A DNA stretch of 27,847 nt, taken from NCBI GenBank assembly GCA_008632985.1, contig QPGO01000175.1:124001-151847 (forward strand). The letters are read 5' to 3'. Positions 1-10,450 of the stretch are shown here, piece after piece (positions within the stretch are counted from its first letter, which is position 1; each line of letters opens with the position of its first letter). Source of the stretch: Psammoneis japonica. Taxonomy: Eukaryota. The notes under the pieces were generated by a model, which saw nothing but the letters and a program-made list of their open reading frames with translations, made no database searches and had not been told where the DNA came from. The position numbers and the translations under genes are program-made.

Positions 1-774
1 GTGCAAGAGGCATTGAGAACACAGCTTTGTGGAGAAAACTGCACTCCGTTTCACCGCATTGGGAGCGGTTTGTTGCAGCCGAGAGACCGGCAGAGAATGA
101 AAAAACGAAATCTGTTTTGCCGCTGCCTCACTGTGGCCCACACCAACACTGACCACAGCAGACCCACATTCCCCAGTGCCCACAAAGGGCAGCAGGGACA
201 ATTTGAACACTGTCGGACATTGTCAGAAAGACAATGGGGTGCTTGTGGACCGCCGGCATGCACGGCGCACGTCAGTTGAACATGATTTTTAGAATCTCCA
301 AATCATGCTGCACTCTTCCATCTTCCATCACACTTGCAACTTGTGCCACCAGCGCATTCACTGCAGCACCGCCAGATGTGCAGGATGCTTGACAGGCCTG
401 CTCAATTCCATGGCTGTGTGCACATGGCAGAGTGGCGCCCCTTTTTGCGTCTTGCCCTGTGGACTTTGGCTCCAACAGCGGGAGCTTCTCAGACACATCA
501 CAGCTTTTTCTTTTACACAAGGGACAAGCAATGACAACAGGGATGGAAACTTGAATGGGAGCGGTGCCAGATCATCTTGATGAAGTCGAGTTTGCTGCGT
601 GCTTCTCTGACGGACAGCAAGCAAGCTCATTTGGAAAAGTTTCTGAAGTCTGCCAATCCAAAAACCGTGAAACAGGCAAGTGATCCACTTTTGGATGAGA
701 CATTGTTCCAGGCAGCCGATGATGACAACAAACAAGAAGCTCTGCCTGCAATTGTCAAAAAGAAACTCCAAACT

Positions 775-2275
775 TGTTTGTGAGATGGCAGAAAAAAAAA
801 CAGATGTTGTGTTCCCAGAAAGCTTGAGAGTGGTGTGGCGCCAACATGAGGCATGTCCATCAAGCAGAGGCATCACAGCGTTCCTCATTTGTCCCTTGTC
901 TGTTGCGTGACTTGTTTTTCTTTTGCCCTTGGGAAGGTTCTTGCAGCAATGAATGGCAAAGTTGAGCATTGTGTCTTTCTCCATGCTTCTGTTTGTGGTG
1001 GTCCGGACATCAAAGCCATGCTGGTTTTTGCTGAAGAACTTGGCGTTGGGGTTGGGATTTGCTGGGGTGAGGCCATCAAGACACATTTCATCAACAGCAG
1101 TCTCGTCTTCTGGAGCATTGGTGCGGTTGGAGTCATTGGTCTTCTTCTTGCATTTGGAGGCATGTGCAAGGAATGGCGGCATTGCACCTTCAATTTCTTG
1201 GCGTGGAATGGTGTTGATGCGTGTGGAGGCAGATGGTCACAAGGTGATGAGTGCACTCAACATCCATCCAGAGCAAGGTGGGAACAACAAACAAAGTGGC
1301 ACCCCTTTGCTTGCCATCTGCTCTGGAAGAGACACACACAGTGAGATGATGACTTGTTTTCCCGTCACCCTCAGGAGTCCTCTGAAAAATTTGCAGCTTC
1401 TTCATCACCTCCTTGAAGACCAGCACTTTCTTTTGGCATTTCATTGTGTCCGTTGCAACTTCATCCACATGTTGTGTTTTCAAAAAGCCCCAAGCCTCTC
1501 AACCAACATCAACTTCACCTGCAGCATGGAGATGCTTCACAAAAGACTGCCACTTTGCAAAGTGCGCATCATCCCGAACCTCTTTGATCCCCTGCTCAGT
1601 GCAAATTGGGTCCAAGCTTGAAGTTGAAGCCAGTTTTGCTGGCTTTGGGTGGTGTTGGAGCATGGAGCACACAAAATGATCAGACACAGATGGTTTTTCA
1701 TGCTCGTCAATGAACTCATCAGTCAAGTTGTTCACAATCTCAAGAGTGGTGTCCTTTGACACTGTGCACCCGCCCATCTGACCCAACCAGCAGCAAACTT
1801 CAACAATGTGCTGCTCTTTGTTGTCAGCAAGAAGAGCTGTGTTTCCCTTGTGCAAGACAGTGATTGCCTCCTTTGCCTTCTCATCTTTTGCTCCAAAATG
1901 CTTGCAAATGGCTTCTTTTGCTTTCTCCACTGAAGCATTTTCTTGACAAAGACAACAAAGTCCACTTTGTTCCCAGGCCCAATTCAGGGTGTTGCAAAGG
2001 GAGCTGCACTTGGGGTGGACATTCTGGCAGTGACAGCTTGAAGAAACTCCGTTGCCATTTGTGCAGAAGTCCACAAGAATGTGGACCTTCAAAGACTTGT
2101 CCTCACCTGAGCATTTCGTTCCCTTTGCTCTGCCTCTCACCTTGGCTTTTTCCAAAGGTTTGAAAACATGCACCGGTGAAGGGGCAGCGACACTGTCAAT
2201 GCACTGAGGATGAATGCACGTGGTGGAAAACATGGGTTGCCACTGCAAGATGAGTCCACTTTGTGTTGTGGGCAT
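775..2275 (-). mobile_element. Degenerate pogo/Tc5-like (DDE_1, CENP-B-type) transposase relic with several frameshifts
   Basis: Pieces in order on the minus strand: HTH-like N-terminal part (EQHIVEVCCWLGQMGG...SSLDPICTEQ..VRDDAHFAK); first-Asp motif read as H-N-M-(2-nt insertion)-D-E at 1460-1476 (family pattern YNxDE); HLTVCVSSRADG; PPFLAH; TTNRSMEKDTMLNFAIH; second-Asp motif PLLDGHAS (~845-870); FFLPSH (~780-800). The third catalytic Asp and the TIRs were not recognised. Confidence 0.75.
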
Positions 2276-2552
2276 TTTAAAAATTTCTGTTGAGCTGATT
2301 GTTTCACGCAGATCATCATAAAATTCAAACCTCATGTAAAATCGCTGCTGGGATGTGCATCGACAATGACAGAAAAAACAGTGCAACAATGCATTGTGCA
2401 CATGCTGCACATGCGCTCTTGTCATGCAGGCACTTGCAAATCAAATGGCGCATCAACAGCTCAACAGTGTGGACAACAGGTTCGGAACCAGAGTGCCATG
2501 GTTGACAAGTCAGGATGACGGTTTTTGCAATTTTTTTTCGAGAAGTTGAGTG

Positions 2553-2573
2553 GATGAGAGATGAGAGATGAGA
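2553..2573 (+). repeat. Short tandem repeat (GATGAGA)x3
   Basis: gatgaga gatgaga gatgaga read directly; a reverse-complement match tctctcatc lies at about 2591-2599. Confidence 0.7.
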
Positions 2574-5500
2574 CTGCAGGGAAAGATTTTTCTCTCATCT
2601 GGAACTTGACAGGAAGCAGAGTTGATCAAACAAACCAAAGGAAGCAAAGATGGAATGGTCAAGAGCATCAAATGAGTTGTTGGGTTCTGCAATGAAGTTG
2701 TGCCCATTGAGACAGTCTTTGTTGAGAGTTGTTGTTGTCTCAAAGGCTGTGAGAAAAAAAAATGACTGCAGCTGCACTGTGCTCCTCCATTTTTGACAGA
2801 TGCACGTGATGTTTTGTGTTTCACCCAACAGGTCATCTGAGGTCAACATGCGTGCATTGCAGACACACACACTGCAGGACAGTTGACACTGGTTTGATTT
2901 GAGGGATTTGACTGTGGCTCTTCTTTGCAAAGGGAAGCACCCCAATGCTCCCACAATTGTTTGGTGGCAGCACCAGAAAGAGGGGACAATGAGGGAGCAA
3001 TCTTGGACAAGAACATTGAATCTGCTCAGTTGTCTGTGAGGCAGAGAATTGCGTGAAGACCAGATTGTGGCACTGTGCACAGCTGCAAGCACGCATGTTG
3101 ACAGTGTGTTGCAACTCTGCTGTGTTTCAATGACATTGTGGAGGAGCATGCCACTGATGGCACACCCGCTGTGGTTTTTAGATGTGATCATCTTTGGAGT
3201 GGGTGCCCCAAAGGGGGCCCTGCACCACTCCAAAGCTTGCTTGGCACATGACATCCAAAGTGTTTGTTTTGGGTGCAGTGCAGAATGCAGCTCCCTGTTT
3301 GTGACAATGATGACAGCCGCAAGTTGAAAACAAAAGCATGAGCTGCAGCACAACAAAAACCTTGAGTCTGACTTGTTCATGGCAGGGGGTGTGCTGACTT
3401 TTTGTCTTTTCTGGGCTGCAGCTCAGCATCACTCTCTCAAAATGTTCAGCAACACTGGGATTTTCTGGCACCCAATTTGGACCTGTGGGGTGTTGGCTTG
3501 GCTTTTTTGAACAACAATCTGAGACAAGTGAGGTGGCCTGGTGTGATGAAGTGTCGCCAGCCAATCGCGAGTTGTGCAGATTGCCAGTTCTGTTGTTGAA
3601 GTCAAGAGCTGGTGCAGGTCACCTTTTTTTGTTGGTCTTGTTTTTGTCACAGACATCTCTTGCTTTTGGACCCATTGGAGGTGGGCTTTTTCATGATGTT
3701 GATCAGGCACATTTGCAATTGTTGCAGCCTTCCTTGTTTGAGGGCCACTGTGCTTGTCAACCCAGCACACATCATTTTGACATGTCTGGGAATCAACTTT
3801 CCTTGTTTGCCAATCCTTGTCAAAGCAGCTGTGACAATGAGCCCCGTTTCAACAAGCCTTTTTTTTTTGACCAATGACCATCACTGTGAATGGCTCAATG
3901 TGCAGTGTTTTTGTGAAGTGTGCCTCAGTGCAAGGACAGAAGGCTTCAGTGCAGATGTCTTCTCTGCTGCCAAAGGATTGAAAGGGGACAAGCTCAGAGA
4001 CTTTTTCACCCAGAAGTTGATGAAGAGGCAGAGTGGCAGCAAATGCTGTGTGTTGTTGTTTGGCCCTGTTGGCTTTTCAGGAAAGCAGTTGGCAGGTGGT
4101 GTTGCTGTTGCAGCAGGCACATCTTTGCATTGCATGGTTTTGCTCCACCCAGCATTTTCAACTGTCATTTGTTTTTTTTCAGGTCAACATTGTTTGTTGC
4201 AGGAGAATGACAGAACTTGTTTTTTGCTTTTGGTTTGGTGCAGTCATCTCTCTTTGTTGTCCAAGGAGAGAAGCAACAAGGAGAAACAAAATTGGGAAGA
4301 AGCGACAGGAGCAGTGCACCAAAATGGCATCTTCATTTTCAGCTGGGGATGTTGGTCAATGCAAAATGTCAGAAGTCAGCACTCACTGCTTCTTGTGACT
4401 GCCTGCTCCTTTTTGCAGATTTGGCTGATCCAGGGCTCACTTCCAAAACACAGCAATGCAGTCCAAAACAGAGAGCCATGGACTCATGTCATTGATTTGT
4501 GGCATCAGAGTTGGGCCCATGTTTTTGACCTCCAGGGCTGCCAAATGCAGACCAAGAACCCAAAGATGGGAGCACATTGATGCTGGAGCCAACCACAATT
4601 TGACAGCAGCAAAAATTGGATTTTAGTTCAAGACATTGAGCTTTGCCTCCACTCCCATGATTTCATGAAGACTGCTTCTTTGATGAAGTCTTTTTGCATG
4701 CATGACAAAACCATCAGCACGGGCAGGTGCAGAAAAGGTTTGTTGTGCTGGTTTGGTCTGCAACAGGTCCAAAGTTGGAAGCAAGGCTGAAAGCTTCAGA
4801 AGTGAGCACCAAATGAAGACTTGTTTCACCTGTGTTCAAAGCTTTGCCATGGAGCTGAGTGATGCTCCCAAATGTCTTTGCAAGGGGGGTTCAAATTTGG
4901 GCATCAAGGGTGTTTTGCTTTGGGAAAGAAAACAACTCAGCCAACCAGCTTTGATGCCTGTGCTTTGGGACATTTCACAATTGACGTGCAATGTTGACTT
5001 CAGCAAAAACCATGACAAGTGACAACAACCCATTCTGCCACTTTCCAAAGGAGCTGCAATGCACACAAGCCATGCTTTGCAAGTGCCACATGGGGGCTTC
5101 ACAAGCCAAGAACACTTTGCAATCCAATCAGATGGACAACAAACAACCAAACTTTGGCTGCATTGGAGCTGCTTTCAAAGTTCAGTGCAGCAAAATGTCT
5201 TTGACTGAGCAAAGATTGGAAAAGCTTGGTGAGAGGAGTGGGAAAAGGCAAGGCCAACAGAAGGAAGGGTTGGGCAGAACAAAAAGGAAAGATGGTGCAG
5301 CTGCGCAAGAGAAAGATGTGATGGATGTGACGTTGTTGGTCATGTTTCATTGCTTTGGCAGTGTTTCTCCAAGAAAGATGCAAACTGGCCGTGTTGTTGG
5401 GATGGAAGATGTTGAAGTGGTGATGAACTGAACTTGGGCAAATCAAACAAAGCCTCAACTGTGAACCTGTCTGTTGTCTCCCAGCATTGAAAAATGCGTT

Positions 5501-6266
5501 GCACAAACAACAAGTGATGGGCTGGGTTGAACAGCTGTGAAATGAGAGTCAGTGGGGGGAGTGCAGTGGGGTGGTGATCAGAATTTCACATTTCCGCTGA
5601 ATGCACTGGGGCTGCTTTGCTGCATGTTGATTGGCCAGAAGATGCAATGATTTGTCCACGTGGCAGAATTTCCCATTTCCAAACACCAGATTGGCTGCAC
5701 ATTGTCGCTGCTGTCCGGGTCAATCGATGCAAGATGCAATGGCTTGATTTTGAATTTTGGGCATGTGCCCGGTCATGCAGGTGGCAACAAGTTTGTGAAA
5801 AAAAGAAGAGGAAAAGGAGGAGAAGGGAGAGGAGAGATGACATTCTCCGTGGTGCTTGCAATGCATTTGGCGTGCACGATGCCCAGACGATTGGCGCTTC
5901 CAATGCAGCCAGTGCAGCCCCAGCTCTCCACTCTGCTCTCTGGCAAACACTGGAACAGCAACATGCCATGATCTGTCCAAACACATTGTCTCTGCTGCTT
6001 CGCTGCTCACGGAAAATTTACACACCCACTGCTGACACTGCCATTGAGATGCAGCCACATGATCAGCCAAAACTCCATCACTTTTGACAGCCGGCTCCAC
6101 CTCATTTCATCCATTTCCTCTCTGGACCCAACTGGATGTGGAAAGTTCCAGAAACAGATTTCCCCAAAACAACAAATGGTGTCAAAAGACTTGTGTCATG
6201 TGGGGCCTGGAACATTGCACTGGCCCAGAAAGCCATTGTGAGCTTGGCCCTTCAACCACCGGACTT

Positions 6267-6296
6267 GAGCAAATCTCCACCTGTGGAGATTTGCTT
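6267..6296. repeat. Palindrome copy 1 GAGCAAATCTC-cacctgtg-GAGATTTGCTT
   Basis: Inverted arms read directly from the sequence. Confidence 0.9.
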
Positions 6297-6552
6297 CGTT
6301 GCATCACAAATGTGGCAAATGAAGCAATTTCAGATGTGGACAACATTTCATTCATGCGATTTTGTTTTGGAATGCGCATGGGCCGAAAATCTGGGGGAAC
6401 CCTTTTTGCAATCTAGAAAGTTCAAAGTCGACTTTTGACGCCGGTTTTTTTGCAAGCTCCATCTGTGAACAGAGAGGAGCTGAGTCTCAACCTGCAACAA
6501 TGCAGGTTGTCATGAATTGCCATCACAAATGGAGCAACAATGCCACTGCCTT

Positions 6553-6584
6553 GGAGCAAATCTCCACCGGCAGAGATTTGCTCC
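6553..6584. repeat. Palindrome copy 2 GGAGCAAATCTC-caccggca-GAGATTTGCTCC
   Basis: Perfect 12-bp inverted arms. Confidence 0.9.
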
Positions 6585-6700
6585 CAATGAGTGAATGCAT
6601 GTGGTGTGCTTCATGCGTGGATTCTGCACGATGCGACATTTTCATGCCATGTGCATTGCATCATTGTAAAAGTCCATGACACGCCCCAAATCCTCAAGCA

Positions 6701-6730
6701 GAGCAAATCTCCACCAGCAGAGATTTGCTC
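6701..6730. repeat. Palindrome copy 3 GAGCAAATCTC-caccagca-GAGATTTGCTC
   Basis: Perfect 11-bp inverted arms. Confidence 0.9.
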
Positions 6731-8804
6731 CCCTGGTGGTTGAAGGGTTGAGCACAGTCAAAGATGTTCACACTGGAAAATGACAGGCAAAATGAAAATG
6801 TGAGTGGAACAATGCACACAACGACAATCCATTGGGGGATCACATGTCACAGCACACTCACTGGGGCATCTTCAAGAGGGAGAGCTGGGTCGCCTTCCCA
6901 ATTTTTATGCTCCCAAGTGCCGCCAGTGGTTCGTGGCATCCTTGCATCCAAGAGGAGGCGATGAGCCTGCCAACACAAGCCTCAACCTCCCCATTTTGCC
7001 CATTGCTGCAAAGCCCAGACCAGTCGGCACACTGCCAAGATCTCCCCACATAACATGGACAATGTTGTGTCTTAGATGATGAAGAGAGTCAATTGCAGAA
7101 TGGGAAAAAAGGCTCATCATAGACCAGACACCTGCACACATGAACAAGACGCACAAAAAAAGGCTCGTGAGGCATGCAAGATTCGTCAAAACGAGTCCAA
7201 CACTCAAACAATTAGAGCACACTCCTGGGATTGCCTTTTTTGGACTGTGACAAGACTGTCTGACAATTGCCAACATCGCAAGTGTCCTCCAGGCTCCATC
7301 GCGTCATTTTGTTCCAATGGCGCGCACTTTCCAAAAATTGTGATGGCCGAAACACGACATGCCGTGATGATGTGCCGACCAAGCCCCCAAGAAGGATGTC
7401 AAGCAGCATGTCACAAATCCACACCAACATGCACAATGGGTGCACAAAAGGATGCAGAGTGGGGCAAAGCACAATGATTCCAAATGGGTGCACTTTGGCA
7501 GCACCAATGACTTGAAAAACATGCCAACATCACAGATGTCACAATCGACCACATGAGACAATCAATCGACCTTGCAAGACGCGTTCCAGCCCCAGGTGGG
7601 ACTCCGTGTGAGACATTGGGCCCGCGGAGTTCTGCGTGCGAGCTCCGCAGTGCAAGAACTTAATTGATGGACATGTTTGTCTTCAACATCAAACAAACGG
7701 CCCCAAGTTTGTGGTGCAATCATGCCCCTTGCCACTCAACGTTTTTGCAAATTTGCCTGCCCTGTGCGATTCTCAAGACATTGTAGAATCGCGCTGCAAC
7801 AAAAAATGTCAAAAGTTGTTGGACGGATCACTCAACAAGTGCACCATAAAATGACACAAAATGTTGAAAAAATCACGTAGAAATCCACGTGCACAACATG
7901 CGACGAGATTCAAAAAACTGTCGATGTCACAGCTCAGCAGTGCGAGGTCCCACCTGGACCTGGAGCGCGTCACAAGCTGTGACAAAATTCAACAACAATC
8001 TTTGGCAAGCATTCAAACGGCGTAAAATGAGAAAACACAAAAAGAGCTTGCCTTGGCAGCACTGTCAACCAGTCAGATGTTGCCCGCACCATGCCGCATT
8101 TGAGCTGCGAGTCGAGGCACGCAACCGTTTGCAGCATGTGCAGCAACCAAAGCACCCCAGGAGACCAAACCAACAATGCGTCAAAACCTCTTTGTGACAA
8201 CTGCAGAAAGAGATCACCCACAAAAAATGCGTCCACCCCACGATGCATGCCATGGCGAGATGCATCAAAGTGCAATGTGCATGGCCGTTTCTTGCGGTGC
8301 GGCATGCCAAATCGGGAGCATTTGAGTGGAATGAAGGAAATGAAGAGGATTCCTCCTCAGGCGTCCTTGTCAAACATGTGCCAAAGTGGACCGTGCATTT
8401 CCACTTGTCTTTGTCAAAATGGAATTGCGTCCTTATCAAATTCTACACAAGTTCCAGTGTAAATCCTACAAGAGCCACCCAGGTACAGCAGCTGGACGAT
8501 TGCCGAATTTTGGTTTTTGTGGATTTGCGTTGCCGCCTGCGCGTTCAAATCGTGCGAGCTCCAAAAAAATAGGAGTGAAATGGAGTGTGAAATAGCTATC
8601 GAAAAGACTACTTTTTTGTGTCGTTATCAATCTTCGCTTGTAATTTGAATCATCCGGTTTGCCTCGGATATGCTTAAAGATGCCGACATGTGATGGAGAA
8701 GCCTTCATTAGTAATCCTTGTCCCACATTCTTGTGAGCCACGTTTCCTTCTACTTCGAATGTCGTCTCATCGACTCTCGCCCACGATCCGCCCTCTTCGC
8801 CTGG

Positions 8805-10450
8805 TTAAACTAACTTTCTGCTTTTCTCCAGCTCATCAAGGACGTCTTCGCTTCCAGCCTCTGTTTTTAAGTAGCCGCGACTTTCCAAATACCAGACAGT
8901 TGTTTCATCGGAATGAGAATCCATATTCCTTATGTCAACAGATCCGTCGTGTTGTGAATCACCACGAATATCCCACAGATCACCAGTATCATCTTCTTTA
9001 TGTCCTCCTCTTCTGTCAGATTCCTCCCAGTCCGAGTCGCCGCTACCTTTCAGCATCATAAACTGCAAGATCGAAATCTTCGAGTGTCACCAGACAATTC
9101 AAAATAGACGATGGGTCGTCTTCATCTCTACTCCCGGAATGACAAGAAAAGTCACGTACAGCTCGCTCCAGCGCATGACTCGCAGCTGCCCTAGCGACTC
9201 CGGCCATCACCGCTCCCGACATGCCTTTACATTGCGCTGCAAGCAAACGAAGAAGTTGTTCATACGAGAAGGTAGCGCCTGTACCATTTCTCAGTGTTAC
9301 AACGTTGGTGAGATATGCGACCATTGCTCTAGACAACAGTGGTATCTATAAATGATAGCCACAGCTTACCTCTATGTACCTCGACGCTGCGGTGTTCTCG
9401 GGTGGATTTGACACTACAAGCCTCCCTGCGCGACACCTGCTCTTGGTATGAACCAGAAGAATACTCATTCGCTGTGCTACAGTCATCGGTGGTGAAACCT
9501 GAATTCATACCTCAAAGCGACAGGGTCGTAAGGGTGCTGGTCGACATTTACATTTAAGAATAAAACGGTCGGATACAAGTGAAAAATCTAATCAACACGA
9601 GTCCAAGGCACCGTGACTCTTACCGGGCTCAGTGGGGCTTCGTTTGTTCGTAAGTCCGATAACTTATGACGGAACTTCAAGGGGATCAACACCGCCCATC
9701 TTTGTAAGAATTGATTCACAACTGAATCTCGCGCTACACCCGTGTCAACTTGATCGCCCTTGCCTTCACGACCACTGCTTGTCCGTGCCATCGCGTAGAA
9801 TTCATCCATGACAATCACGTCAAGGGCTGTGCATGGGAGAGGGACGCACCGCCATCAGGCGTACCGATGCGATAAGAATAATCGTAAATTGGAGGAGGAT
9901 TATCGAACACCTCACGCAAAATCTTTAGAGGAAGATGAAGGGAATAGAATATAAGGGAGAGAATAAGGTTTCGGGAGACCAATTCAACAAATGATCCTTC
10001 ATAGCGACACACGCACCTTCTCGCTCGACAAAACAAATTTATCCATGAGCTCGGGATCCGACATCACCGTAACTGGACGGGCCGGGCACAAAATTTTGCC
10101 AATGGTTCGAGCCACTAATAATGTCTTTCCACAGCTAGCGCGGTCTCCCCATAGAGAAGCAATCCTCGACCGTTAATTCCCAACTGCTAAAAAAGCTCCG
10201 GTGGAAGCTCCAGAGCTAGCAACAAGAGCCGAAGCCTCGATTGTAGCTGCCCGTTCCAGCGCATCATCAACATGCGCTTTGCTCTTCGGTTTGATCTCTG
10301 AGAAAAGGAGTCTGGATCTAAGTTCCACGACATCAGCAGCAGATGATGTTGAAGCGATTCAGCACTCGTTTTTTCGTGTGAGGCACACGGCACCCATCAA
10401 AACGGAAGCACTGCATGCAAGCAACATGGAAAACAACGAGCATCTTCTCT
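8805..10450 (-). pseudogene. NSF/Sec18-like AAA+ ATPase pseudogene with introns
   Basis: GLLLYGETASCGK (degenerate Walker A, followed by a frameshift, ~10125-10170); PELMDKFV; IVMDEF (Walker B); DTGVARDSVVNQ; PLRPCRFEV* (SRH/arginine finger with in-frame TGA at 9505-9507); lid helix LAAQCKGMSGAVMAGVARAAASHALERA. Putative introns ~9923-10016 (GTGCGT..AG) and 9537-9623 (GTAAGA..CAG). The 5' end is approximate. Confidence 0.85.

Larger units (their letters stand above)
6248..6747. mobile_element. 500-bp non-autonomous piggyBac-like element (MITE)
   Basis: Perfect 13-bp TIRs CCCTTCAACCACC (6248-6260) and GGTGGTTGAAGGG (6735-6747). Subterminal 30-bp palindromes follow asymmetric 6- and 4-bp spacers. 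Flanks TTGG (6244-6247) and TTGA (6748-6751) can be read as a mutated TTAA target-site duplication. CCC...GGG ends, TTAA TSD and asymmetric subterminal repeats are piggyBac hallmarks. Confidence 0.75.
1..8433. other. TpA-depleted (and in its core CpG-depleted), CA/TG-rich hypermutated repeat domain
   Basis: Manual scan found TA only at about 290, 514, 2278, 2319, 2337, 3179, 4624, 6019, 6414, 6667, 6906, 7051, 7073, 7120, 7213, 7661, 7784, 7847, 7878 and 8023. TA returns abruptly at 8434, 8444, 8460, 8467 and 8484. Six-frame ORFs in this zone are nearly Tyr-free and Cys/His-rich (358..1182 and 3612..4580 contain no Y). Confidence 0.95.

Noticed and set aside
4473..4540. Imperfect 33-bp repeat translating as WTHVIDL / WAHVFDL
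   Set aside because: Only two weak copies in low-complexity mutated sequence; could be chance.
2595..6100. Long ORFs such as 2595..3380 (-), 3612..4580 (+) and 5617..6087 (+) as real genes or Cys/His-rich metal-binding proteins
   Set aside because: Their length and Cys/His richness follow from the loss of TAA/TAG/TAY in the TA-free domain. They overlap on both strands and show no family motifs.
6267..6730. Three palindromic ~30-bp repeats as a CRISPR array
   Set aside because: Spacing is long and unequal (~255 and ~115 bp), there are no cas genes, the context is eukaryotic, and the repeats lie inside a TIR-bounded element.
1..8433. Classical fungal RIP or simple CpG methylation decay as the full explanation
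   Set aside because: RIP raises TpA and lowers CpA, the opposite of what is seen. CpG decay does not remove TpA, and TpA is still missing at 7560-8433 where CpG is near normal.
1..8433. Alternative genetic code or foreign (contaminant) DNA
   Set aside because: TA is missing in all frames and in non-coding MITE sequence, so this is not codon usage. The relics are eukaryotic transposons. A chimeric assembly cannot be fully excluded without reads.
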